NCBI GenBank assembly: GCA_947588675.1
Contig: CANPYY010000011.1
Span: forward strand, 1,456 to 65,455
Length of the DNA: 64,000 nucleotides
From: an uncultured Lachnospiraceae bacterium
Lineage (GTDB): Bacteria; Bacillota; Clostridia; Lachnospirales; Lachnospiraceae
Reading direction: 5' to 3'
Shown here: piece by piece, positions 9,277-17,796 of the stretch
Numbering within the stretch: position 1 is the stretch's first letter
How the letters are laid out: every line of letters begins with the position of its first letter
Notes under the pieces: generated by a model
Told to the model about the DNA's origin: nothing
Databases searched by the model: none
Seen by the model: the letters and a program-made list of their open reading frames with translations, nothing else
Position numbers and translations under genes: made by a program

Positions 9277-9756
9277 ATGAAAATTACAGTTATTGCCGTG
9301 GGCAGACTGAAAGAAAAATACTTAAAAGATGCAGTTTTGGAATATAGTAAAAGACTTGGAAAGTATTGCCGCCTTGAAATTATTGAAGTGGCGGATGAAA
9401 AAACTTCAGAAGGAATGAGTAAAGCTCAGGAAACTCTTATACTGGAAAAAGAGGGTGAAAGGATACTTAAATACATAAAAGACGACGCATATGTTATTAC
9501 GCTTGAAATAAATGGCGCGCAGTTATCGTCAGAACAGCTTGCAGATAAAATAAATAAAGCAGGCATAAATGGAATAAGCCATATTATATTTATAATAGGC
9601 GGCTCAATCGGAATAGGAAAAAACGTACTATTAAAATCTGATTATTCATTGAGTTTTTCAAAAATGACATTTCCGCACCAGCTTATGAGAGTTATACTGT
9701 TAGAACAGATATACAGAAGTTACAGGATAATATCAGGTGAACCGTATCATAAGTAA
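9277..9756 (+). CDS. rlmH: 23S rRNA (pseudouridine1915-N3)-methyltransferase RlmH
   Basis: 159 aa SPOUT-fold protein with full-length similarity to RlmH (MKITVIAVGRLKEKYL ... IGGSIG ... LMRVILLEQIYR). Confidence 0.92.
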   Translation: MKITVIAVGRLKEKYLKDAVLEYSKRLGKYCRLEIIEVADEKTSEGMSKAQETLILEKEGERILKYIKDDAYVITLEINGAQLSSEQLADKINKAGINGISHIIFIIGGSIGIGKNVLLKSDYSLSFSKMTFPHQLMRVILLEQIYRSYRIISGEPYHK

Positions 9757-9757
9757 A

Positions 9758-9811
9758 ATACCGCAGCCTTTAATACTTTATGTAACCATAAAGTGCCAAA
9801 AGCTGCGGTAT
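9758..9811. terminator. Stem-loop between convergent rlmH and small membrane-protein gene
   Basis: 10-bp outer stem ATACCGCAGC / GCTGCGGTAT with an inner CTTTAT / ATAAAG hairpin. The T-run is on the minus-strand side only. Confidence 0.45.
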
Positions 9812-9852
9812 TCATATGTTGTCTGATAAATTTTTACTTAATCTTAATAATA

Positions 9853-10092
9853 TTAAAGGGCTTCATCTTCTAATATGTCGTCATCAAAATCAAAGTCGTC
9901 GTCATATTCATCATAATCTTTGCGTGAGTAAAACTTATATACTGCAACGGCAATACCGGCAACCAGAGTTACGATTCCGACTATGGCAAGTATTCCAAGG
10001 ATTGTATTTTTCTTATCCTCGGCTACTTCCTTTTTGTGGAAAAGTTCATTTACCTTAATTGCATTTACGATTTCGTCAAATTTATTATCCAT
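9853..10092 (-). CDS. Small single-pass membrane protein with extremely acidic C-terminal tail
   Basis: 79 aa. One TM helix (ILGILAIVGIVTLVAGIAVAVY) followed by DYDEYDDDFDFDDDILEDEAL. No family recognised. Confidence 0.55.
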   Translation of the reverse strand: MDNKFDEIVNAIKVNELFHKKEVAEDKKNTILGILAIVGIVTLVAGIAVAVYKFYSRKDYDEYDDDFDFDDDILEDEAL

Positions 10093-10150
10093 AAAAAATC
10101 TCCTTTCATGTATACGTTTTTAGTATTATATCACTTTTATAAGAAATATA

Positions 10151-12442
10151 CTATAATATTTTAGATAATTTTGCAAAAGATGCCTTCATTTTTCTGATAC
10201 CGATATTGTCAAAGTTTATTGTGAGGTCATAGTCGCCGTTATTTGGTTCTACATCAGTTATTGTTCCGTCACCGAATTTAATATGCGTTACCCTTTCGTT
10301 TACGGTATAGGTTTCTGAACTTTTTTTCATACCTTTATTTATATAAGGGTTATTTGAAAATAAATTGGAGCCGGCAGGTCTTTTTGTAAATGTAAATGAA
10401 TCTTCCGAAAGGCGTTTTTTTGAGGAAGGCATCAAAGACTGTGAAAATGTATCCGATGCTGACTGTGTTATAAGGTACCGTGGAATTTCATTTATGAATC
10501 TCGAAGGATTGTTAAACATTGTATTGCCGTTTTTCATGCGTCTGGCAGAACTGCTTAATGTAAGTGTTTTCATTGCTCTTGTTATACCCACGTAACAAAG
10601 CCGTCTTTCTTCTTCAAGTTCTGAATCGTCAAGAGAGTAAAGAGCCATTTCAGATGGAAAAACATTTTCCTCCATTCCTGAAATAAAGACATGCGGAAAT
10701 TCAAGACCTTTGGCGCTGTGAAGCGTCATAAGAAGAACCACGTTACTGTCTTCGGATATAGTGTCGGCGTCTGCAACAAGCGCTACATTTTCAAGAAACA
10801 GGCTGAGTGCAGAGGAAGTATTGGAGTTTTCATCATGATTTTCATCAGATGTATTATTTAAGTCAAAGGTAACGGCTTTAGTAATAAATTCTTCAATATT
10901 TTCTATACGTGCGTTTGCTTCGGGTGTTTCTTCATTCATTAGTATATCAATATATCCGGTATCAGAAATAATATCCCGTACAAGGGATTCAATATCTGTT
11001 TTATTATCTTTTATACGGTTGCGGTAATGTTCAATAAGAGATACAAACTCCTGTATTTTGCCAATGCTTCTTCCTATTCCGTCAATATACTGCAAATCTT
11101 TCAAGGCGTCATAAAAGCTTATTGAGTGGACGTTGGCATAATGCATTATTCTGTCGATTGTCGTAAGGCCTATACCTCTTTTGGGAATATTAATTATGCG
11201 CCTTACAGCTATGTCATCAAGACCGTTATCGATGGTTTTAAGATATGCAAGGATATCTTTTATTTCTTTTCTGGAATAAAAGTTAATTCCACCGACAATT
11301 TTATATGGTATGTTTAAATTTACAAGGCTTTCTTCAAATATACGCGATTGTGCGTTGGTTCTGTACAAAATAGCATAGTCCCTGTAGTTTTTTCCCTCGT
11401 CTATGCCGTCTTTAATAGCATGTGTAATACCCAGCGCTTCTTCAAAGTCGCTCATATACCGGACATATTTTACAGGCATTCCTTCTTCGCTTTGACACCA
11501 GAGTTTTTTTGGTTTCCGCATTTTGTTGTGCGCTATGACTTCGTTTGCCGCAGCAAGTATATTTTTGGTTGAACGGTAATTTTGCTCAAGTTTTATAACT
11601 GTTGTATCGGGAAATGCCTTTTCAAAGTTTAATATATTATATATATTGGCACCGCGAAACTTATATATGGACTGATCATCATCGCCGACGACACATATAT
11701 TATTTTCAATTTCACCGTATTCATTTTCGGTAGGCGTAAGAAGTTTTAAAAGTTCAAACTGCGCTGAATTGGTATCCTGGTATTCGTCTACAAGTATGTA
11801 TCTGAAACGTTTTCTGTAATATTTAAGAGCGTTTTCATCCGTCTTAAAAAGTTCAACGGTTTTCATTATGAGGTCGTCAAAGTCAAACGCATTATTGGCG
11901 AGAAGTTTTTTCTGGTATTCGCTGTATAAGACGGCGTATTTTTCGTTTCTGAAATCGCCTTCAACTTCTTTTTTATACATATCCGGTGTTATAAGAGAAT
12001 TTTTATTTGCGGATATTATTGATAACACCTTTTTTTCGTTAAATGATTTTGAATCAAGGTTCATGGATTTAATGATACTTTTCATAAGCGCTCTGGAATC
12101 GTCGGTATCATATATTGAAAAGTTGCGTTCATAACCTAAGGATTCGCAAAAACGCCTTAGTATACGTACACATGAGGAATGAAATGTGCTTACCCATATG
12201 TTTTCAGCGCCGTAGCCTGCTATAGCGTCTATACGCTCACGCATTTCATTAGCGGCTTTATTTGTAAACGTCAGCGCAATGATGTTCCATGGACTGACAT
12301 TGCATTCCGTAATAAGATGGGCGATTCTGTATGTGAGAACCCTTGTCTTACCTGAGCCTGCTCCGGCAAGTATAAGAAGCGGGCCTTTATTGTGTTTTAC
12401 AGCTTTTGTCTGTTCTTCATTAAGATTTTCAAATATATCCAT
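10151..12442 (-). CDS. pcrA: ATP-dependent DNA helicase PcrA (UvrD/Rep superfamily 1)
   Basis: ORF 10151-12520. ATG 12442 lies 6 nt after GGAGG. Motif I AGAGSGKT, DEYQDT, and the C-terminal Tudor-like tail typical of PcrA. Confidence 0.93.
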   Translation of the reverse strand: MDIFENLNEEQTKAVKHNKGPLLILAGAGSGKTRVLTYRIAHLITECNVSPWNIIALTFTNKAANEMRERIDAIAGYGAENIWVSTFHSSCVRILRRFCESLGYERNFSIYDTDDSRALMKSIIKSMNLDSKSFNEKKVLSIISANKNSLITPDMYKKEVEGDFRNEKYAVLYSEYQKKLLANNAFDFDDLIMKTVELFKTDENALKYYRKRFRYILVDEYQDTNSAQFELLKLLTPTENEYGEIENNICVVGDDDQSIYKFRGANIYNILNFEKAFPDTTVIKLEQNYRSTKNILAAANEVIAHNKMRKPKKLWCQSEEGMPVKYVRYMSDFEEALGITHAIKDGIDEGKNYRDYAILYRTNAQSRIFEESLVNLNIPYKIVGGINFYSRKEIKDILAYLKTIDNGLDDIAVRRIINIPKRGIGLTTIDRIMHYANVHSISFYDALKDLQYIDGIGRSIGKIQEFVSLIEHYRNRIKDNKTDIESLVRDIISDTGYIDILMNEETPEANARIENIEEFITKAVTFDLNNTSDENHDENSNTSSALSLFLENVALVADADTISEDSNVVLLMTLHSAKGLEFPHVFISGMEENVFPSEMALYSLDDSELEEERRLCYVGITRAMKTLTLSSSARRMKNGNTMFNNPSRFINEIPRYLITQSASDTFSQSLMPSSKKRLSEDSFTFTKRPAGSNLFSNNPYINKGMKKSSETYTVNERVTHIKFGDGTITDVEPNNGDYDLTINFDNIGIRKMKASFAKLSKIL

Positions 12443-12568
12443 AGCAACCTCCAAACATATGTTTACCTTATCATATAAGAGAAGGCTTGTCAAAGGAAAA
12501 AGCAAAATTTGTTGTAACAATGATTATTATGTTTTATAATATAGATACTTTGGACAGGAGTGATATTA

Positions 12569-12988
12569 ATGTATACGTATATTCATAAAGTACAGTATTA
12601 TGAAACTGATAAAATGCAGCTTACGCATCATTCAAATTATGTAAGATTTATGGAAGAAGCAAGAATAGGGTTTCTTGAGAAGTGCGGTTACGGTTACGCT
12701 GATTTTGAAGAAAAAGGAGTTATTTCGCCGGTTGTAAGCGTTTCATGTAAATTTAAGAAAAGTACGACGTTTCCTGATGATATAAGTATCAGGGTATATG
12801 TTAAATCAGTTACCCCGGTAAGATTTTTGCTTGCTTATGAAATGTATACGGAAGGAGAGATAGTATGTACTGCATCAAGCGAGCATTGCTTTATCAGGAA
12901 AGAAGGAGGCATAATAAATATAAAAAAGGAGTATCCGGGGTTCTTTGATATACTTAATGATGAAATGAAAAAGTATAATGAAAAATAA
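12569..12988 (+). CDS. Acyl-CoA thioesterase, 4HBT/YbgC family
   Basis: About 139 aa. Hotdog-fold signature VQYYETDKMQLTHHSNYVRFMEEAR. ATG 12569 lies 8 nt after AGGAG. Confidence 0.8.
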   Translation: MYTYIHKVQYYETDKMQLTHHSNYVRFMEEARIGFLEKCGYGYADFEEKGVISPVVSVSCKFKKSTTFPDDISIRVYVKSVTPVRFLLAYEMYTEGEIVCTASSEHCFIRKEGGIINIKKEYPGFFDILNDEMKKYNEK

Positions 12989-12996
12989 AAAATTCA

Positions 12997-13039
12997 GTAA
13001 AACAAAAAAAGTGTTGACAAAACGCTTTTTTTGTTTTAC
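12997..13039. terminator. Long A/T-rich hairpin after the thioesterase gene
   Basis: 19-bp stem GTAAAACAAAAAAAGTGTT / AACGCTTTTTTTGTTTTAC (one G-U pair), loop GACAA. Symmetric A/T runs suggest a bidirectional terminator. Confidence 0.6.
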
Positions 13040-13219
13040 GATAGTAATACATTAATAAGAGTGCACAAAATTAATGTAATCATTTTGGAGTAATAATCTG
13101 CAGGCAGAAGTCGACTGTATGCCTGTCATGTTATCTGTTGCATTAGCAACTCGGGTTTATCGATATTTCAATTATTTCATTTGACAATATCTGTAAGATG
13201 TATTTGGGGGTATATTTAT

Positions 13220-14347
13220 ATGAGTGAACACATGGAACCTGAGCATATGCTCGATGAACTTCTTAATTATCTGATTCATGTCGAACGGCAGACTCTTTTA
13301 ATGGTACAAAGGGGTGTAAAGACAAGGGAATCACTTGTAAAGGTGGCGGATAATTATCTAAAAAAACGTGAAGTGCCGGAAAACATGCGAGAAAAGATAC
13401 TTAACCACTTCACTAAGTTTATATGGGGATATTATGTACTGGAGGAGGCTATTAACGATCCTGATATTTCCGACATTAAAGTGCTTAGTGAAAATAATGT
13501 AAGGATTAAACGTAAAGGTAAGAGAATGAGTACGGACATAAGTTTTCCAAGCAAGGCAGATTACAGGAGATTTGTGTCGATGGTTGCGGTAAAGAATAAA
13601 ACCAACCTTGCTGATATAAATGCGATTCAGTCTTTTACTGACAGGCACAGTAATGATAATTTTATTCTCAGGTTTAATATTGCTACTGATTTTGTTAATT
13701 CAGCCGATGTACCTTATATGCATATAAGAAAGCTTCCAAAGAAAAAATATTCTATAAAAAATCTTATGGAGTTTGGTATGCTGACTGAGGAAATGTCAGA
13801 TTATCTTATTGACGCGGCAAAAAATTCGGGAGGAATACTGTTTACCGGAAAAGGTGCAAGCGGTAAAACGACCCTTATGAACGTAATGCTTGAATATATT
13901 CCGCATGAATACAGCGGGCTTATTATTCAGGAGAATGAAGAGCTGTTCAGCAATACGCATCCTGATCTTATGTTTCAGCATATTGTTGAGAATAATGGAG
14001 AGGGAAAAATAAAGTATGACCTGAAAGATTTGGGAAGGAACGGACTGCTTACGGATCTGGATTATTTTATCATAGGGGAAATTAAAGGAGGTGAAGCATT
14101 ATATTTTCTTAATGCCGTATATACCGGTCACAGGTGTTGGGCTTCGGTTCATGGTATGAGCAGTACGGAAGCAATAGATAAACTTGCTGATTATGTAAAG
14201 TATGAAAGCGATTATTCCATAAATGATATAAGGCGTATGCTTGCGGGTATAAAAACTATAGTTTATCTTCAGAATTTTAAAATTAAGGAAATATCAGAAA
14301 CGAGAGGATTTACAGGTGGTGATATAATGTATGAGAGAATATTCTGA
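13220..14347 (+). CDS. tadA: Tad/Flp-type pilus assembly ATPase (CpaF/TadA family)
   Basis: ORF 13181-14347. Walker A GKGASGKT, Asp box LIIQENEEL, Walker B DYFIIGEIKGGEA, His box WASVHG. ATG 13220 lies 9 nt after GGGGG. Confidence 0.85.
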   Translation: MSEHMEPEHMLDELLNYLIHVERQTLLMVQRGVKTRESLVKVADNYLKKREVPENMREKILNHFTKFIWGYYVLEEAINDPDISDIKVLSENNVRIKRKGKRMSTDISFPSKADYRRFVSMVAVKNKTNLADINAIQSFTDRHSNDNFILRFNIATDFVNSADVPYMHIRKLPKKKYSIKNLMEFGMLTEEMSDYLIDAAKNSGGILFTGKGASGKTTLMNVMLEYIPHEYSGLIIQENEELFSNTHPDLMFQHIVENNGEGKIKYDLKDLGRNGLLTDLDYFIIGEIKGGEALYFLNAVYTGHRCWASVHGMSSTEAIDKLADYVKYESDYSINDIRRMLAGIKTIVYLQNFKIKEISETRGFTGGDIMYERIF

Positions 14348-15209
14348 TACCGGTAGTAATTTTTTTGTTAGATGGCTTGATAACAGGTATCGTAAGAGAA
14401 TTGAAAAGGAAAGAAACTTACAGGTGACTGTCGGAAACAGGGAAAGAAAATCCTTTTTATACAGGCTTGACAGGGTTCTTGATTACAGCGGGTTAAGAAA
14501 CAGAATCGGAAATATAAGCGCAGAAGCATATATAGCGTTTATAATGGCGGTAGTAATTATTACGGGAATGGCAGTAATTGCATTTACAGGTAACGTATTT
14601 CTTGCAATATCTATAACATTTATTGTTATCTCAATTTCTGCGGTTGTTTTATACATTCTTTCAGGAGTGTATTACAGCCGTCTTGAGAAAGAAATTATGA
14701 CTTTTTTAAATCTTGTTGAAAATTTCAGTAAAACGGAAAACGATATTGTTCAGATTTTTAAAAAGACGATTCATTATATGGAAGAACCGCTAAGAAAAAT
14801 TATGGAAGAATTTTGCAGTGAAGCAGAAAGTATGGGGGATTCCGGACCTGCTTTTGAGAACATGATTATAAAAGTTGAACACGCAAAATGCAGGGAGCTT
14901 TTCAGAAATTTAAGCGTATGTTCAAAATATGAGGCTAATTATGACGAGGTTGCCTGTGACTGTCGTACGAGTATGCTGGATTATTTATCGGTAAAGGCGG
15001 AAAGAAAGGCAATAATAGCAAACGGACGTGCAGAAATTATTATACTTCTTATCAGCGCCGCATTTATAGTACTTCTGTTTTCGAGAATAACTGAAAATCT
15101 ATTCGGGATTCTTACCGGTACTATGGTGGGAAATATTATTTTGCTTTATTGCTCGATAGTAATAATGATATGCCTGACAGTAATGGTTATATTTGATAAG
15201 AGGAGTTGA
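14331..15209 (+). CDS. tadB: TadB-like inner-membrane platform protein (T2SS-F domain family)
   Basis: 292 aa. TM pair, then a cytoplasmic helical domain, then a C-terminal TM pair. Overlaps the ATPase gene by 17 nt. Confidence 0.65.
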   Translation: MREYSDTGSNFFVRWLDNRYRKRIEKERNLQVTVGNRERKSFLYRLDRVLDYSGLRNRIGNISAEAYIAFIMAVVIITGMAVIAFTGNVFLAISITFIVISISAVVLYILSGVYYSRLEKEIMTFLNLVENFSKTENDIVQIFKKTIHYMEEPLRKIMEEFCSEAESMGDSGPAFENMIIKVEHAKCRELFRNLSVCSKYEANYDEVACDCRTSMLDYLSVKAERKAIIANGRAEIIILLISAAFIVLLFSRITENLFGILTGTMVGNIILLYCSIVIMICLTVMVIFDKRS

Positions 15210-15877
15210 GCGGGATAATAGAAAAAATTGATGATTTTTTAATAAGACACGGAATACAGTTTATGTTCTCATGGATGAATCCGTTTAGGTTTTTAGCGGT
15301 TATGTTAATTTCGGCGTTAATTTGCGCCATAGCAGGGTGCGGGATAAATATTTTTTTAACACCGGTGTTTTGTATAGCAGGATTTTTTATCCCTGTCATT
15401 CTGGCTGTTATTTCAAACAGGGCAGATAATGATGCAATGATGTCAGATATTGAGAGTATGTACGATGTTATCAGAATACAGGCGAGAGCAGGCGTATTTA
15501 TACAGGACTCTCTTATGGATTGTTATATGCTTTGTACAAACAGACGGCTGAAGGCTGCGCTGCTTGAACTGTGTAACAGAATAAGCACGAGAAGTACGCT
15601 AAAGGAAGCTGTAGATGATTTTAACAAACGTTTTACAAATATGCACATAGATATATTGTGTGTGATACTTAACCAGGCGCAGACAAGCGGAAAGACGGTG
15701 CAGATTTTGTCTGATATGAGTGAACAGATAAGGCAGGTAAGACATACTCATGCAATGAAAGAAAAAGGAAAACTGGAAAGAAAAATTGAAATTCTTGAAC
15801 TGCTAATATTTATTGGCGTTCTGGCAATAGGGATATATTCTATGGGAACTGAAATTACAGTTATGTTGAATCAATAA
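15206..15877 (+). CDS. tadC: TadC-like inner-membrane platform protein (T2SS-F domain family)
   Basis: 223 aa with the same TM/helical/TM layout. The TTG start overlaps the upstream stop by 4 nt. The exact start is uncertain. Confidence 0.6.
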   Translation: MSGIIEKIDDFLIRHGIQFMFSWMNPFRFLAVMLISALICAIAGCGINIFLTPVFCIAGFFIPVILAVISNRADNDAMMSDIESMYDVIRIQARAGVFIQDSLMDCYMLCTNRRLKAALLELCNRISTRSTLKEAVDDFNKRFTNMHIDILCVILNQAQTSGKTVQILSDMSEQIRQVRHTHAMKEKGKLERKIEILELLIFIGVLAIGIYSMGTEITVMLNQ

Positions 15878-15903
15878 AAAGTTTAAAAGAAAGGAAGATA
15901 ATT

Positions 15904-16122
15904 ATGATAAAAAACACAGTAACACATTTTATGGAAAAGGTAAACAAAGTAATACATGACGGAAGAAAAAAACGCGGCGGGAAAGAAATAATAATGGAAT
16001 TTGCAATTGGAGCAATAGCTATTGTGCTTGCGCTTGTATTCCGGGAACAGCTGGAAACAGTTATAAAGACTGTGGGAGGTTCATTTACCGAGAAAATAAC
16101 TTCGCTGTTTTCAAGGCTGTGA
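15904..16122 (+). CDS. flp: Flp-like type IVc prepilin candidate
   Basis: 72 aa. Basic leader ending RKKRGG, then KEIIMEFAIGAIAIVLALVF (Gly, then a hydrophobic helix with an E-F pair). RBS AAAGGAAG. Located after the tadC-like gene. Confidence 0.55.
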   Translation: MIKNTVTHFMEKVNKVIHDGRKKRGGKEIIMEFAIGAIAIVLALVFREQLETVIKTVGGSFTEKITSLFSRL

Positions 16123-16129
16123 TGCTGTT

Positions 16130-16543
16130 ATGAGTAGTAAGAAAAAAAAGAAAGGCAGCATTTTGAAAATGCTGCCGGTACTACTCGGAATTGCCGCAGT
16201 ATCAGTACTTTCAATAATGTATATAACATATATGGATGTTATGGATAAAAGAGAAATGGCATTTCAGATTTCAAGGGAATATCTTTTGCGTATGGAAACG
16301 GAAGGATACCTTACTGATGAAGCAGCGGAAAAAATGATATCAGAGCTGGAGGAGATAGGCGCAACTAATATTAATCTGGCAGGTACTACGTTTTCCCAGG
16401 TTGAATATGGAGATAAAATAATACTTAACATAGAAGCCCGTATACCTATGGACGAAATAGTGCTTACAAATTTGTTTAATATAGATTCACGGAAAATTTA
16501 TCAGAAACTGTATATAAATAAAAGCACTACTGCAAAAAATTAG
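16130..16543 (+). CDS. Minor pilin / pseudopilin candidate (DUF4320-like)
   Basis: 137 aa. Leader KKKKKG followed by the hydrophobic helix SILKMLPVLLGIAAVSVLSIMYI. Lies 7 nt after the flp-like gene. Confidence 0.45.
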   Translation: MSSKKKKKGSILKMLPVLLGIAAVSVLSIMYITYMDVMDKREMAFQISREYLLRMETEGYLTDEAAEKMISELEEIGATNINLAGTTFSQVEYGDKIILNIEARIPMDEIVLTNLFNIDSRKIYQKLYINKSTTAKN

Positions 16544-16552
16544 GGAGGCGTA

Positions 16553-17098
16553 ATGTTGAAAAATAAAAAAGGAAATGTTGAATACCTGAGTGCGTTTATG
16601 CTCATATGTCTTGTGGGACTTTTACTGGCCTATAGTTTTTCGGTAAAGGAAATCAGGCAATATGAGGATTATGCAAAAGATGGGCTTGACAGCGCCTGTT
16701 TGTCTGCCGCGCTTATAGATTTGGAAAGATACGCATATGGCAGATTTATTGTGATAAAGCAGGAAAATTCGTGGCCGGTTTTTAAAAATTGCCTGAAAAA
16801 CAATATGAAGCTGGATGAAGATTTAAATCCCAATGATAAAAGTATATACGGGAAAGTAACAGTGCATGAGTTTATTGTTTATAACATTATTGAAGGTTTT
16901 TTGGTAAGTTATCATGTTACCGGAGATGGAAATACATATTATGAAAGCAAGACCTATTCTAAGGACGATATGACGCCTGACGGTTCAAAAATAATATCTG
17001 CTACGATATATGCTGATATAGGTATGAATGTGAAGAGTTTTCTTGGAATAGAAAAGTATGTTCATATAAAAACCTCAGTTGATGTTGTGGATAATTGA
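16553..17098 (+). CDS. Minor pilin candidate (TadE-like N-terminus)
   Basis: 181 aa. Leader MLKNKKG followed by NVEYLSAFMLICLVGLLLAY. RBS AGGGAGG. Confidence 0.4.
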   Translation: MLKNKKGNVEYLSAFMLICLVGLLLAYSFSVKEIRQYEDYAKDGLDSACLSAALIDLERYAYGRFIVIKQENSWPVFKNCLKNNMKLDEDLNPNDKSIYGKVTVHEFIVYNIIEGFLVSYHVTGDGNTYYESKTYSKDDMTPDGSKIISATIYADIGMNVKSFLGIEKYVHIKTSVDVVDN

Positions 17099-17166
17099 TG
17101 ACTCAGGCTATGTTCACTGTGGTGAACGCTAAAAATTACTACTGTAATAACGGAAGGTGAAGATAT

Positions 17167-17796
17167 ATGAAAAGAAAAAAAGGTGTAATGAAATATATAA
17201 TTGCAGCAATAATTATTGTGGTATTTATAGTAACAGCCGCACTAATTGGTAAAAAAGATAATACTGTTTCCGTAATGGCTGCAGCTTCAGATATAAGCAT
17301 GGGGACTATTATAACGGAAGAAAATGTTGATATTCTGGCAGTTGTAAAAAATATAGCAGAACAGGATATTGAAGATAATATGTTAAAAGATAAAGCGGAA
17401 CTTATCGGGAAAACCGTAAGTTGCAATATGGCGGCGGACAGTATATTTACATCAGATGTAATGGGAGAGGAAGCAAATAACAGGGCGGCTATGATAAATC
17501 CTGTAGTGGCGGGAGTAAGGGCGTCAGATATATCGCAGTTTTCCGGAGGCATTATAAGGGCCGGAGATTATATAGATATATCTGTTGTAGACAGCAATAC
17601 GGGAAAATGCAGTAATGTTATAAGTAATGTATATGTAACGGAAGCTTTTAATTCCGACGGTACGGCTATAGAGGATAATGGTTGTGCGATGATACTGAAT
17701 GTGCTTATTGAAAAAGAAAGTGAGCAATACCTGAATGAAATGCTGGCAACGGGAAGTATAAGGGTATGCAGACTGGAAAGGAGTACGGATGGGTAA
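17167..17796 (+). CDS. cpaB: CpaB/RcpC-like pilus assembly protein with SAF domain
   Basis: 209 aa. N-terminal TM anchor, then a SAF-like segment (VMAAASDISMGTIITEENV) and a CpaB-type C-terminal domain. Confidence 0.6.
   Translation: MKRKKGVMKYIIAAIIIVVFIVTAALIGKKDNTVSVMAAASDISMGTIITEENVDILAVVKNIAEQDIEDNMLKDKAELIGKTVSCNMAADSIFTSDVMGEEANNRAAMINPVVAGVRASDISQFSGGIIRAGDYIDISVVDSNTGKCSNVISNVYVTEAFNSDGTAIEDNGCAMILNVLIEKESEQYLNEMLATGSIRVCRLERSTDG

Noticed and set aside
17112-17127. 6-bp hairpin GTTCAC-TGTG-GTGAAC in the 68-nt gap inside the Tad-like operon
   Set aside because: The stem is short and has no T-run, so it is too weak to call an attenuator or processing site.
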